Shown: positions 63,414-64,000 of the stretch, in pieces
How the letters are laid out: every line of letters starts with the position of its first letter
Numbering within the stretch: position 1 is the stretch's first letter
Virus record (IMG/VR): IMGVR_UViG_3300037453_000152
DNA: 64,000 nucleotides
Strand: one strand, 5' to 3'
DNA from: a virus
Lineage: Duplodnaviria > Heunggongvirae > Uroviricota > Caudoviricetes
The notes under the pieces: generated by a model
Databases searched by the model: none
The model's input: the letters and a program-made list of their open reading frames with translations, nothing else
Told to the model about the DNA's origin: nothing
Position numbers and translations under genes: made by a program

Positions 63414-64000
63414 TTAATTTGGACCCTCTATTGTTACATTGCCAGTATTATCATTGGCTACGGTAAATACAAATGTAACTGTATCATTGTTTGTTCCATC
63501 GGAATTTAAAGGACCATTTGGAATTGTAATGCTAAAAGTTTTACCCTTTGTTAAAGTAACTCCAGTAATATATTTTGTTACAGAAGTTAATGGCACATTA
63601 GATTGCGCCCCTACCACTTCTTCATTATCGGCTTTTGACACCCAGCCATTAACAGCGCCATTGTATAATACAGCTGTTGTTGAAGCACTTGCTGCGCCGG
63701 TCACAGAAATTCCATTATCGGTATTACTTAATGTGACATTAGAACCACTAAGGCTCGCAGAGCCAATAATGGTCCCGCCATCAAACGCTGGAGTAGCAGT
63801 TGTAATTGGGATATAAGTATCATCTGAAGCCTATGCTCCAACCGAAGCGACATAAGATGAATAATTGGCATTTGCTGGAGTATAACCAGCAGTAGTTGAA
63901 GTTGTAAAAGTTAACTAACCAAGTGTCTAAGCAGATTTTACTTTTACATAAACTCCGCTAGATGGGGCTGTAGTGGTCGCATTGCCATTAGCGGCATCGG
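63414..64000 (-). CDS. 3' part of a structural Ig-like/fibre protein continuing beyond the window (3 in-frame TAG)
   Basis: Frame of ORF 63414..63704 stays open to the window edge. TAA at 63414. Confidence 0.45.

Noticed and set aside
1-64000. Interpretation of in-frame TAGs as pseudogenes, sequencing errors or programmed frameshifts
   Set aside because: Only TAG, never TAA or TGA, interrupts the frames. Frames continue in register across every TAG. The TAGs fall on conserved Gln positions. Intact and interrupted genes are interleaved.
1-64000. TGA-to-Trp (table 4) recoding
   Set aside because: UDG, RNase H, NrdD, the Dda-like helicase and several others terminate with TGA exactly where homologues end. 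Trp positions are encoded by TGG.
1-64000. CRISPR arrays, rRNA, integrase/att sites, transposases
   Set aside because: There are no regularly spaced direct repeats and no rRNA-like or tyrosine/serine recombinase signatures anywhere in the window.

Overview
This window looks like a large low-GC phage genome, with strong AGGAGG-type RBSs and sigma-A-like TTGAyt-N17-TATAAT promoters, which suggests a Firmicutes-type host. It has three blocks. (i) 0.3-9.4 kb holds minus-strand structural and tail-fibre genes. (ii) 9.5-50.7 kb holds plus-strand early, replication, nucleotide-metabolism and lysis genes. These include a type II topoisomerase (gyrB/gyrA-like), NAD-dependent ligase, Pol III alpha, DnaB-like and Dda-like helicases, a DnaG-like primase, a RecJ-like exonuclease, a Sak4-like ATPase with an SSB-like protein, UDG, RNase H, dUTPase, RuvC, anaerobic RNR NrdD/NrdG, an RNA ligase with a PNK-like kinase and phosphatases, an SPFH protein, PIN-PhoH (PhoH2), an amidase/glycosidase-SPOR/holin-like lysis cassette, and two GIY-YIG nuclease genes. 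(iii) 50.7-64 kb holds minus-strand structural and receptor-binding genes with paralogous laminin-G-like domains. The main observation is that TAG (amber) is read as a sense codon: I count roughly 150 in-frame TAGs, most densely in late genes and in some replication genes, while genes still end at TAA or TGA. Three independent conserved positions point to TAG = Gln. These are a Dda/RecD motif III GDPE*LPPV, a GIY-YIG motif YIG*T, and a paralogue alignment in which ALSAA*VQELY matches ALTEAQVKELY. The supplied six-frame ORF track, built with the standard code, therefore splits many real genes. I re-joined them by hand, so start and end coordinates of recoded genes may be off by a few nt. No tRNA, CRISPR array or rRNA was found in the window. 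In particular no suppressor tRNA(CUA) is present here.
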